Below the pieces are notes generated by a model that was not told the origin of the DNA, did no database searches, and was given only the letters and a program-made list of their open reading frames with translations. The translations under genes and the position numbers were made by a program. DNA of 32,848 bases from Candidatus Bathyarchaeota archaeon (lineage in GTDB: Archaea > Thermoproteota > Bathyarchaeia > 40CM-2-53-6). Of this stretch, positions 9,377 through 16,805 are shown piece by piece (position 1 is the stretch's first letter; the number at the start of each line of letters is the position of its first letter). The stretch is from contig CAVPLU010000020.1 of assembly GCA_963706285.1 (NCBI GenBank), positions 1 through 32,848 on the forward strand. Direction: 5' to 3'.

Positions 9377-10252
9377 TTGGTTAAGCGATGTCCAACATGC
9401 GGATACAACAACAGAGATGACGCCGTCTTCTGCTCGAGCTGCGGCGGTTCACTTGCTGCCGCTGGAGCACCAATGATGAAACCAGTGCCGTCAGTTCGTG
9501 TCGTAACTCCGGTCACGTCAGGGGCGCCAATGAGGGTTCCTGCACCAGGAATGTGTTTCTACCACCCGAGCCTTCCAGCTGTGTACATATGCAACCGTTG
9601 TGGCAGAGCAATCTGCCGTGACGACTCAAAGTCCTACATGGACCTAATCCTCTGCCCACAATGCTACCAAGGAATTGTGCCACCGATGGCAATGGCTCCG
9701 CAAGCACCACAATACGCGCCAGCACCACAGTATGGGCCACAATTTGCACCTGCACCACAATTTGCACCTGCGCCACAATTTGCACCTGCGCCACAATTTG
9801 CACCTGCGCCACAATTTGCCGGACCTATGATGGGTCCTATGGGACCTCCCATGATGGGAGCCGGACCTGCAAGGTCGCTATGGGCTTTCATACTTGCTTT
9901 GGTTTCAGGAATCCTTGTGCTGCTCAACGCGGGACTGCTGCTAGCGTGGCAATTCTACGGCGGAACATTCCTTTGGGCGAACATATTCTTCTGGATCTGC
10001 AACATTGACCGTTCTACAGGATGTCCACTGCCTTCAGGATCTACTGCGACTGGCACGATCACATTCGTGATCGGAGCGATCATAGGCCTAATCATAATCG
10101 TCGGATCGATTATGATGATCCTAGGATACGGCACAATCGGCAGCCTCATCATTTTCCCGCTAGCCGTCTTCAGCCTGATCATAGGCGGCGGCTTCATCGC
10201 AGGCTTCATACTAGGAATCATCGCCGGTATCATGGGCATGTTAGGGCGATAG
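9377..10252 (+). CDS. membrane protein: N-terminal zinc ribbon, B-box-like zinc finger, Pro/Gln/Phe repeat linker, C-terminal multi-TM domain
   Basis: CPTC-x10-CSSC; C-x2-H-x8-C-x2-C-x4-C-x2-D-x9-C-x2-C; (APQFAP)n; three to four hydrophobic helices ending in a Gly-rich GGGFIAGFILGIIAG segment. Confidence 0.85.
   Translation: MVKRCPTCGYNNRDDAVFCSSCGGSLAAAGAPMMKPVPSVRVVTPVTSGAPMRVPAPGMCFYHPSLPAVYICNRCGRAICRDDSKSYMDLILCPQCYQGIVPPMAMAPQAPQYAPAPQYGPQFAPAPQFAPAPQFAPAPQFAPAPQFAGPMMGPMGPPMMGAGPARSLWAFILALVSGILVLLNAGLLLAWQFYGGTFLWANIFFWICNIDRSTGCPLPSGSTATGTITFVIGAIIGLIIIVGSIMMILGYGTIGSLIIFPLAVFSLIIGGGFIAGFILGIIAGIMGMLGR
9737..9819 (+). repeat. 18-bp in-frame tandem repeat (CCACAATTTGCACCTGCR), about 4.6 copies, encoding PQFAPA
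   Basis: Directly visible; more degenerate PQY copies precede it from about 9700. Confidence 0.95.
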
Positions 10253-10269
10253 TCCTTATATCCCCCCAG

Positions 10270-10281
10270 TTTTTTTTCTTT
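10270..10281 (+). terminator. oligo-T archaeal terminator candidate
   Basis: ttttttttcttt starting 18 nt after the stop at 10252. Confidence 0.55.
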
Positions 10282-10295
10282 AACTTAGTATCTGT

Positions 10296-11954
10296 TTGGT
10301 CGTGTGTTCCGTGTCGTATGTGGCGATCTCCGGCCAAGTAACCGAGAAGTTGGTTAGGGAGGCGAGAGATCATCCAGAAGAGCAGGTCGTCGGTGTATTG
10401 CTCGGCGGACAGTTTGGCAGCACGATTGCCATTGAAGACGCCGCGACAGGACCTGCGGATGCCGACGCCACAAGGGCGACACTAACCGGGGATTCGATCG
10501 CAAGAATAGCGGATGACATAATCAATAAGAGAATAAGAGGAAGTATTGTGGGTTGGTATCATTCTCATGTTCGCGGTGGCGTCTTCATGTCCGAGACAGA
10601 CGTGGAGACTCAGCTCAAGCTCCAACAGTTCTCTCCTCTGGTGACGGCAATGGTGATTGATACGCAAACCGGAACATCAGGATTCTTCAGGGCTGACCCG
10701 AAGACGCGAGAAGCGGTGTCTGTGCCTTCACAGAACGCAAGGACCGAAGTCTCATCGCCCGTTTCCACGTCTAACTATGCGCCTGAGCGGGCTACGTACC
10801 CGCAGTATCCCGTACAGGTGACGCAGGGTCCATCAACTCGTACATTGTTGCTTGCGCTTTTGATTATCACATTGGCCGTAACAGGAGGCATCTTGGCCCT
10901 GGTATACTACCGCAACCCAACTGTCTCGGGGAGCAGCGGCAATCTCGCGATAACTCATGCTCAACCTGCGGGACCGTTCACGATCGGGAACCCCATAACG
11001 ATCGATGCAAACGTCACCGGCTCTAATCTACTGAATGTCACGTTGGCCTACAAGATAATCGAAGCAGCTCCCAACTCCCAGGGCGGATTGATCATCGGAG
11101 ACTTGGTTCAAGTGCCCATGCTTCCAAGATCGGCAGAGTGCACGAGTAACGAACCCTGCACGTATTCCTACACATTGCCGTCTTCTGAAATATCTGGACG
11201 CTTTGTTCAGTACTACGTCTCCGCCTTTGACACGGCCTCCCCACCAAACACTGTTCGCACCGACATCTTCACTCTCAATGTGGGCGACTTCAGTTGGGGT
11301 GCGGACAAGACCGAGGTGGTTGCTATTCGACAAGCCCAGGCCGGCGTATCAATTCCCTTAAATTCGATTAATGGATTCAATGATCTCGTCACCCTCAGAA
11401 TCCTCACTCAACCGCCGCTAGGAGTTCGAATAGTTCCTATCAGCACGCAAGTTCGTCCTCCAAACGCCGCCAACCTAATAATAACCAGCACTGATAACGC
11501 TCAGATCACTAACAAGTACCCAATTCAAGTCGACGCCGTCTACACTATACGCAACGTGCAGGTGATACGCTCCACGACACTAGAGCTCACATTGACTGAC
11601 TTCGGCATCGCTGTATCGCCAACCTACGCGAAGACTACGCAATGTTATGCCTCCGATAGCTGTACTGACTCGAATGAGTTCGCACAGTACACCGTGACGC
11701 TTACGATCTACGACGGCTTCACCGCGCCGAACGGTATCCTACTCGTCCCAAGTGGACTTCCGGATCATACTCGCTACGAGATTCTGTTGGTTAGTCAGAA
11801 GATTGGCACGGACGAAACACAGACATTAACCTACTCTCTCATAGTACGCGCTGATACCGATTCCACCGTGAACAGGTACCTCTTTTCAATGGTAGCGACG
11901 GCCGGGAGCATCACACATAGTGTGGACAATATCCAGTTTGAGATCGTGGACTGA
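10296..11954 (+). CDS. membrane-anchored JAB/MPN (JAMM, Rpn11-like) domain protein with large C-terminal extracytoplasmic beta-rich region (start may be GTG 10311)
   Basis: VVGVLLG then GWYHSH-x7-S-x2-D-x2-TQ (H89, H91, S99, D102); TM at aa 184-204; about 345 aa Thr/Val-rich Ig-like region with two close Cys pairs. Confidence 0.9.
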   Translation: MVVCSVSYVAISGQVTEKLVREARDHPEEQVVGVLLGGQFGSTIAIEDAATGPADADATRATLTGDSIARIADDIINKRIRGSIVGWYHSHVRGGVFMSETDVETQLKLQQFSPLVTAMVIDTQTGTSGFFRADPKTREAVSVPSQNARTEVSSPVSTSNYAPERATYPQYPVQVTQGPSTRTLLLALLIITLAVTGGILALVYYRNPTVSGSSGNLAITHAQPAGPFTIGNPITIDANVTGSNLLNVTLAYKIIEAAPNSQGGLIIGDLVQVPMLPRSAECTSNEPCTYSYTLPSSEISGRFVQYYVSAFDTASPPNTVRTDIFTLNVGDFSWGADKTEVVAIRQAQAGVSIPLNSINGFNDLVTLRILTQPPLGVRIVPISTQVRPPNAANLIITSTDNAQITNKYPIQVDAVYTIRNVQVIRSTTLELTLTDFGIAVSPTYAKTTQCYASDSCTDSNEFAQYTVTLTIYDGFTAPNGILLVPSGLPDHTRYEILLVSQKIGTDETQTLTYSLIVRADTDSTVNRYLFSMVATAGSITHSVDNIQFEIVD

Positions 11955-11979
11955 TTGAAGGCAGACTTGATTGCTTGCT

Positions 11980-11987
11980 GGAGGTGA
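11980..11987 (+). promoter_or_regulatory. Shine-Dalgarno site for the ubiquitin gene
   Basis: GGAGGTGA ending 9 nt before TTG 11997. Confidence 0.7.
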
Positions 11988-11996
11988 AAGAAGCAC

Positions 11997-12248
11997 TTGA
12001 AACTCTTCGTTCAGGCACCTATTGGGCCGCAGACAGGGCTGGCTGAGATCGATGTCATACCGGATCATACAGTCGGAGAGATCAAGCAGCAGGTATGCAC
12101 CTCGTTCGGAGTTGATCCTGCTACGGTCGCCTTGATGTACGGTGGCATCATACTTGACGAGTCCAGCACAGTCAGCAGAGCCGGGATCCCTGAGAATGCC
12201 CAACTTGCACTGATGCCCTACAATATCATCGGTGGCAACGGAAGGTGA
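11997..12248 (+). CDS. eukaryote-like ubiquitin homolog, precursor with GG followed by NGR
   Basis: Colinear with ubiquitin: MKLFV..IDV.PDHTVGEIK...GV....LMYGG.IL....TV...GI......L......GG; strong RBS; stop overlaps the E2 start (GTGA). Confidence 0.9.
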   Translation: MKLFVQAPIGPQTGLAEIDVIPDHTVGEIKQQVCTSFGVDPATVALMYGGIILDESSTVSRAGIPENAQLALMPYNIIGGNGR

Positions 12249-12838
12249 ACCTTCCGCTTCTCTACAAGGAGAAGAATTTCACAAACCACCAATTCCCAAC
12301 GGTAATGGCTCTCAATGATCCGCCTACGGCATACGAGGGTATGCTCAGGTGCGAGAAAGGAGATGTGAAGACTCTCGCTGAGAAGAAGATCTGGCCCTTC
12401 ACCGAGTACGCTGACTGGAACAGATTCAGGCTAGAACTTCCCGACGAGTATCCGGTGAAGCCTCCCAAAGCGATGTGGCTCTCCGACATCTCCCACCCAA
12501 ACATCGTGCCTAAAGTCATGAACGCTGTCTGCGTCTCGATCATTGGTGAGAACTGGCGCCCCGACCTGAAACTTGTCTCTGTAGTGAACGCTCTTTACTA
12601 CCTACTGTCTGATCCAAACCCTGACAATGTATTCGACCACCCCGATTGCCTCAAGGCTGCAAACGTCTGCAGATCATACGGATTTCCAAAAATGACAAAG
12701 CGAAAGACTGCGACACAGCAGGGCGATCTTGTTCGATTCAACATCGTCCCAGTACCTCAAGCGCGACCAAGAGAGCCTGCACCGACGGGAGATGTGATAC
12801 GATTTCGAATCCTTGACAGGGAGCGAAAGGAACATTAG
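12245..12838 (+). CDS. ubiquitin-conjugating enzyme E2 (UBC fold) with C-terminal tail
   Basis: FRLELPDEYPVKPPK, HPNI (84-87), catalytic Cys96 in VCVSII, WRP, LLSDPNPD. Confidence 0.94.
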   Translation: MNLPLLYKEKNFTNHQFPTVMALNDPPTAYEGMLRCEKGDVKTLAEKKIWPFTEYADWNRFRLELPDEYPVKPPKAMWLSDISHPNIVPKVMNAVCVSIIGENWRPDLKLVSVVNALYYLLSDPNPDNVFDHPDCLKAANVCRSYGFPKMTKRKTATQQGDLVRFNIVPVPQARPREPAPTGDVIRFRILDRERKEH

Positions 12839-14095
12839 TTGAAAGTAAAGCTCTCGATGCCGTCTGTTCGAGACATAGAACTTGACGTTCCTTCAACAGC
12901 AACGATCAGTTACCTTAAGGAAAAGGCATGCAAGAAGCTAGGAATCGAGTCTGACCTGACAAGCATCCTATGTGATGGTACTCGGATCGATGGAAAACGA
13001 AGCGTCGGCAGCCTCCATCTCAAGCAGAAGATCCTGACAGTCGACTATCTCTGGGCTCGTCATCTAATACTTTGGGGGCCGGATGGGCAGAAACGACTCA
13101 GAGGAGCAACTGTACTTGTCGCTGGTGCGGGGGCGATCGGTAATGAGGTTGCGAAGAATCTTGCAATGCTCGGCGTCAAGCGCCTACTGATTATTGACAA
13201 CGATACCGTCGAACTTTCGAACACGAGTCGAATGATCTTCTTCGATCGCAAGAGCCTGGGCTTGAACAAGGCGGAAATGCTCGCTAGAGGAATCACCCAG
13301 AAGTTCCCCTATGTTGAAGCAATTGCATGGACCGGAGCGCTCGAAGATCTTCCACTCGAACACATTCTAAGTGCCGACGTGATCGTGTGCGGTCTGGACA
13401 ATGTACTCTCCAGGATATACCTAGCACAAGTTTCCAGAAGGTACTCCATACCAATGATAGACGGAGGCATCGTTGGGTATCGCGGACGTGTCCAAGTCTA
13501 CGTTCCCCCAGACACGCCATGCCCGCTGTGCACATACCCATCCTCCGAATACGGCCGCATTGCAGGGCTCAGGAACCCCTGCGATGGGCCAGCTGAAGAA
13601 ACGAAGGTCCCATCTCTTCCGACGACGATCTCGTTGGTTTCTTCGATCCAATGCCAGGAGGCGACCAAACTGATCGTCGGTTACCAAAGCTACTTGAGAA
13701 ATGCAATTTGGCCGAAAGAGACCGGAGAACCGCTCAGGGGCGTGCTGATGATCGACTTGCAGTACAATCGTTACAGTCTAATGGAGATCAAACGAAATAA
13801 GAGCTGCATTGTGTGCGGGGAAAACGGCCTGGCCGAGAAGCCTGTGCCAGTGCTGACGATCCCAATAGGAGAAATTCGCGACTCAACCTCCAGACTGCAT
13901 CAGATGGTTGCTAGCAGAATGAAATTGACAGCACAACAAGTCATGTTGTTCTTGCAGCGTCATAACAAAACGGTGCGAGTCAAGAGAGGGCAGTCTCTTC
14001 GGCGGGCACGCATCGGTGTGGGGAGCGTCATCACCGCGGTCGCACAAGATGGCCCCAACTACAGTGAAGCTGTGATTAGGCTCACAGGACCCTAG
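12839..14095 (+). CDS. ubiquitin-activating enzyme E1 (ThiF/MoeB adenylation domain) with N-terminal Ubl domain and C-terminal UFD-like domain
   Basis: RHLILWG..GQ..L, GAGAIG, D.DTVELSN..R, GLDN, CPLC and CIVC zinc pairs, probable catalytic Cys248 (NPCDG); starts immediately after the E2 stop. Confidence 0.93.
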   Translation: MKVKLSMPSVRDIELDVPSTATISYLKEKACKKLGIESDLTSILCDGTRIDGKRSVGSLHLKQKILTVDYLWARHLILWGPDGQKRLRGATVLVAGAGAIGNEVAKNLAMLGVKRLLIIDNDTVELSNTSRMIFFDRKSLGLNKAEMLARGITQKFPYVEAIAWTGALEDLPLEHILSADVIVCGLDNVLSRIYLAQVSRRYSIPMIDGGIVGYRGRVQVYVPPDTPCPLCTYPSSEYGRIAGLRNPCDGPAEETKVPSLPTTISLVSSIQCQEATKLIVGYQSYLRNAIWPKETGEPLRGVLMIDLQYNRYSLMEIKRNKSCIVCGENGLAEKPVPVLTIPIGEIRDSTSRLHQMVASRMKLTAQQVMLFLQRHNKTVRVKRGQSLRRARIGVGSVITAVAQDGPNYSEAVIRLTGP

Positions 14096-14211
14096 ACCCA
14101 GGGCGAATGCATGAATGCATGGTAGCAGCGTTAGAGCTCCGATGGACAATGGGTATCAAACGTAGCAATGGTTATTACATGTCTGAGTCGGTATCTGATT
14201 AGGTCTGGACC

Positions 14212-14595
14212 ATGCGACAGTGTTCATCCTGTGGAAGTAGAAACTCCGATGATGCAGCTTTCTGTAGCATGTGTGGTTTCTCCTTTGCTGGAATCCAACC
14301 GCAGCAGTACATGCAACCGGTCGGAGCGGCGATGAAGCCTGTTCCAGTTGTGAAAACGATCACCCCATTAGCGCAGGCAGGCCCGCAGCAGCAGTGGCCG
14401 GTTCCAATGGCTCGGTCGCAGATGACGGTCGGATCCTGCTCTTTTCACCCTGAGCTTCCGGCTTCATACATATGCATTCGATGCGGCAAGCAGATATGCT
14501 TCTCCTGCACGAAAACCTACGGTCAGCTCGCGATATGTCCCGAGTGCTACTGGGCGATGGCACCGCGCACAGGCACAGCGCAGCCAGGGCGCTGA
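14212..14595 (+). CDS. soluble zinc ribbon + B-box-like zinc finger protein, paralog of the N-terminal half of 9377..10252
   Basis: CSSC-x10-CSMC; C-x2-H-x8-C-x2-C-x4-C-x2-C-x9-C-x2-C; shared MKPVP.V..[VI]TP linker motif. Confidence 0.85.
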   Translation: MRQCSSCGSRNSDDAAFCSMCGFSFAGIQPQQYMQPVGAAMKPVPVVKTITPLAQAGPQQQWPVPMARSQMTVGSCSFHPELPASYICIRCGKQICFSCTKTYGQLAICPECYWAMAPRTGTAQPGR

Positions 14596-14606
14596 AACGA
14601 GCTTCC

Positions 14607-16223
14607 CTACGCGAGGAGCCCTTTCCTCTTCAGTCGCTCTGTGGATAGCTTGACCTCATTCACGGACAACCCAAGATCCTTCGAAGCTTGGCTGAGTGAT
14701 ATCTCACCATTTCGTTTCGCGATATATTGGTAGACTCGGTTATCCAGCTCCTCCGAGCCAGCAGCTGCTGAGGCCTGGCCTCGCTTCCGGGCAGCTCCAG
14801 CAACTGCCGTCTTGCGTCGCCTGACACCAGAGCTAAGTGACGAGCCTAGCCTTGCAAAAGATCTCGGGCGCTTCGCAACTATGAATATGAAGGCAGTGAC
14901 GATTGTTGCTGCGGCGCCCAAAGAGACAATGAAGATCCACAAGGATGCGTAGTCTGTGACCCACTGTGCTTCTACCATGTAGGGTCGATCCATCGTGACC
15001 TCATTTTCACCCGGTGGGACAGCGCTAATCACATTAGAGGAATTGAGGCGCCAGCCAGCGAGCGTATGTTTCACTAACAATTCTGACCCGCTGTAAGTCA
15101 CACCAAACTTTGCTTTTTCCCCATCAAGATACCAGCCAGTACCTGTCGGTTCCCCAAATGAGGACGTTACGAGAAGGTAGTACTGTGTTTGATAGATCAA
15201 CCGTACGTTGTGCGGTTTGTTCATCACAAGCTCCGCCGATATTCCTGGCTGAGTCATGCCATCGATATTCCATGAAAGCCAGACAAATCGTTGAACCGAG
15301 CTTCCCGGGATTGAGATTGTTTGAGGAACAGGACCAAGAGAAGCAGTCTGGCCAGCATCGTACCAGGTGCTGTTAGGGGTCGAGATTCTCTGAGCGATAT
15401 CTGGTGGATCGTAGGTGACTTCCAATTTGTATTGTGTCTTGTATCTTGCAGTCACTGACTTGGGTCCATCCATGCGAGCAGACCCGTGGGAATCGGTACC
15501 TGTATAGTCTCCTACCCATTGAACAAAAACTTGCCGAGTATCGGTTCCATTTGTTCCTTTGGGTGCAAGGAAATCTGCCGTAGATCCAGCGTCGAGCCAG
15601 AGAGTTGAGGGCGAGAAAAGTCCGACCGGATCATACGATATTCGGAGGATATACTGTGTCTTCCAGGTGGCAACTGCTTTCTTCGGACCATTCATGATTA
15701 TGGAGTCGGAGATTATCCCCTGCCCTGAGGCATCTTGTCCCCACTTGACAAACAGATATCTTACTCCTTCGGATCCGCTTGTCATGTTCGTGTCCAACTT
15801 GGCTTGGGCAGTTGTTCCCCCGTCGTACCAATCACTTCTAGACGGCGTTCCGTACTGTGAGACGACTTCGAGGTAGTATTGTGCCTTGTAGGTGAATGCG
15901 TGAGTGCCAGTGCCAGTTCCCGTGAAGGACCACAGATTGTCTTTGCATTGATACCTGGTTCCGTTGGTCCCGCCCACGTTTAGGTCGACGCTGAGCGTGT
16001 GCGCACCGCCAGGAGAGATGCTTAGGGTCTTCGTGTCGCCTGTTGCAATCGTTCCGTTCAGCATGCCGTCGAGGTAATATTGAGTTCTTGCTCCGCTCGG
16101 AAGCCCTGTCACTGTGAAGGAGACGGAGTACGCTTGAGCCTTCACGAGTGTCGGTGCGGTGACGAGAGAAATGAGGATCAGTACGTCGAGTGCCAAGATG
16201 GCCAATCTAGTCCTCGACAACAT
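14607..16223 (-). CDS. type I membrane/surface protein: signal peptide, about four QY-x-L...WY repeats, TM, basic linker, C-terminal winged-helix domain (probable start ATG 16223; ORF open to 16325)
   Basis: Signal ending VKA-QA; repeats QYYLEV/QYILRI/QYKLEV/QYYLLV with W[YL]DxG; TM LWIFIVSLG..FIFIV; tail RVYQYIAKRNGEISLSQASKDLGLSVNEVKLSTERLKRKGLLA. Confidence 0.85.
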   Translation of the reverse strand: MLSRTRLAILALDVLILISLVTAPTLVKAQAYSVSFTVTGLPSGARTQYYLDGMLNGTIATGDTKTLSISPGGAHTLSVDLNVGGTNGTRYQCKDNLWSFTGTGTGTHAFTYKAQYYLEVVSQYGTPSRSDWYDGGTTAQAKLDTNMTSGSEGVRYLFVKWGQDASGQGIISDSIIMNGPKKAVATWKTQYILRISYDPVGLFSPSTLWLDAGSTADFLAPKGTNGTDTRQVFVQWVGDYTGTDSHGSARMDGPKSVTARYKTQYKLEVTYDPPDIAQRISTPNSTWYDAGQTASLGPVPQTISIPGSSVQRFVWLSWNIDGMTQPGISAELVMNKPHNVRLIYQTQYYLLVTSSFGEPTGTGWYLDGEKAKFGVTYSGSELLVKHTLAGWRLNSSNVISAVPPGENEVTMDRPYMVEAQWVTDYASLWIFIVSLGAAATIVTAFIFIVAKRPRSFARLGSSLSSGVRRRKTAVAGAARKRGQASAAAGSEELDNRVYQYIAKRNGEISLSQASKDLGLSVNEVKLSTERLKRKGLLA

Positions 16224-16436
16224 GAAGGGGGGCCTCCGCCACCCGTTTAGCATGTGTCTAGGCCTAAAATGTGTTACACTCTCGGATCTGCCTTCATCGT
16301 GCCAAAACAGCAAGCCGGTAGTCAATCTCTGTTGTTAGATTGACTGCGCCGATATGGAGGATGCGAAGCTTGACGATACGATTTGCCAAGCCCATGAGCG
16401 CAATCGTCATAACTAATTCGGCCCCCTCACTGAGTT

Positions 16437-16805
16437 ATGGCTTCCACTCCGTACACGCGAGGCAGAAGTAGAGAATACCAAGTGCTGAAGAAACTGAGAC
16501 GCGAAGGGTGGTACTGTAGCAGGAGCGCAGCATCTCACGGCCCCGTGGACGTCTTCGCTGGGAAGAACGGACTCGTCCGCATGATTCAAGTGAAGAGCGG
16601 GCAAGCCAGACTGAGGCCTGGAGACAGGGAGACCCTCAAGCTTTGGGCACAAGCTTACGCCGGAGTAGCTGAGGTCTGGTATTTTGGCAAGCGCACAGGC
16701 ACAAAAATAGAAGTGATTCTCGACGCAAGAACACGACTTCTAACAACTTCACTCACATGTGCACGTCCAAGCAGACCTGGTAGCGACAAGGGCCAACACT
16801 TCTGA
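16437..16805 (+). CDS. Holliday junction resolvase-like PD-(D/E)XK nuclease (Hjc/Hje family)
   Basis: RG...EY.V...L...GW...RSAAS.GPVDVFA.K......IQVKS; 3' end overlaps the convergent gene by 53 nt. Confidence 0.8.
   Translation: MASTPYTRGRSREYQVLKKLRREGWYCSRSAASHGPVDVFAGKNGLVRMIQVKSGQARLRPGDRETLKLWAQAYAGVAEVWYFGKRTGTKIEVILDARTRLLTTSLTCARPSRPGSDKGQHF

Noticed and set aside
9700-9820. Possible CRISPR array
   Set aside because: Units are contiguous with no spacers and are in frame within a CDS; it is a coding tandem repeat.
9513-10008. Alternative-frame repeat ORFs (AQVQIV, CATICT, CGAGAN)
   Set aside because: Shadows of the 18-bp repeat in the 9377..10252 gene.
11997-14095. ThiS/ThiF or MoaD/MoeB sulfur relay or SAMP system
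   Set aside because: A canonical E2 with HPN and catalytic Cys lies between the genes, the modifier is colinear with eukaryotic ubiquitin, and no cofactor biosynthesis genes are adjacent.
9022-16325. Ub cassette as a tRNA-integrated mobile or defence island
   Set aside because: It lies off the tRNA 5' end; no integrase, att duplication or phage genes were seen, and the far flank is housekeeping (hjc, Trm5-family, taw1).
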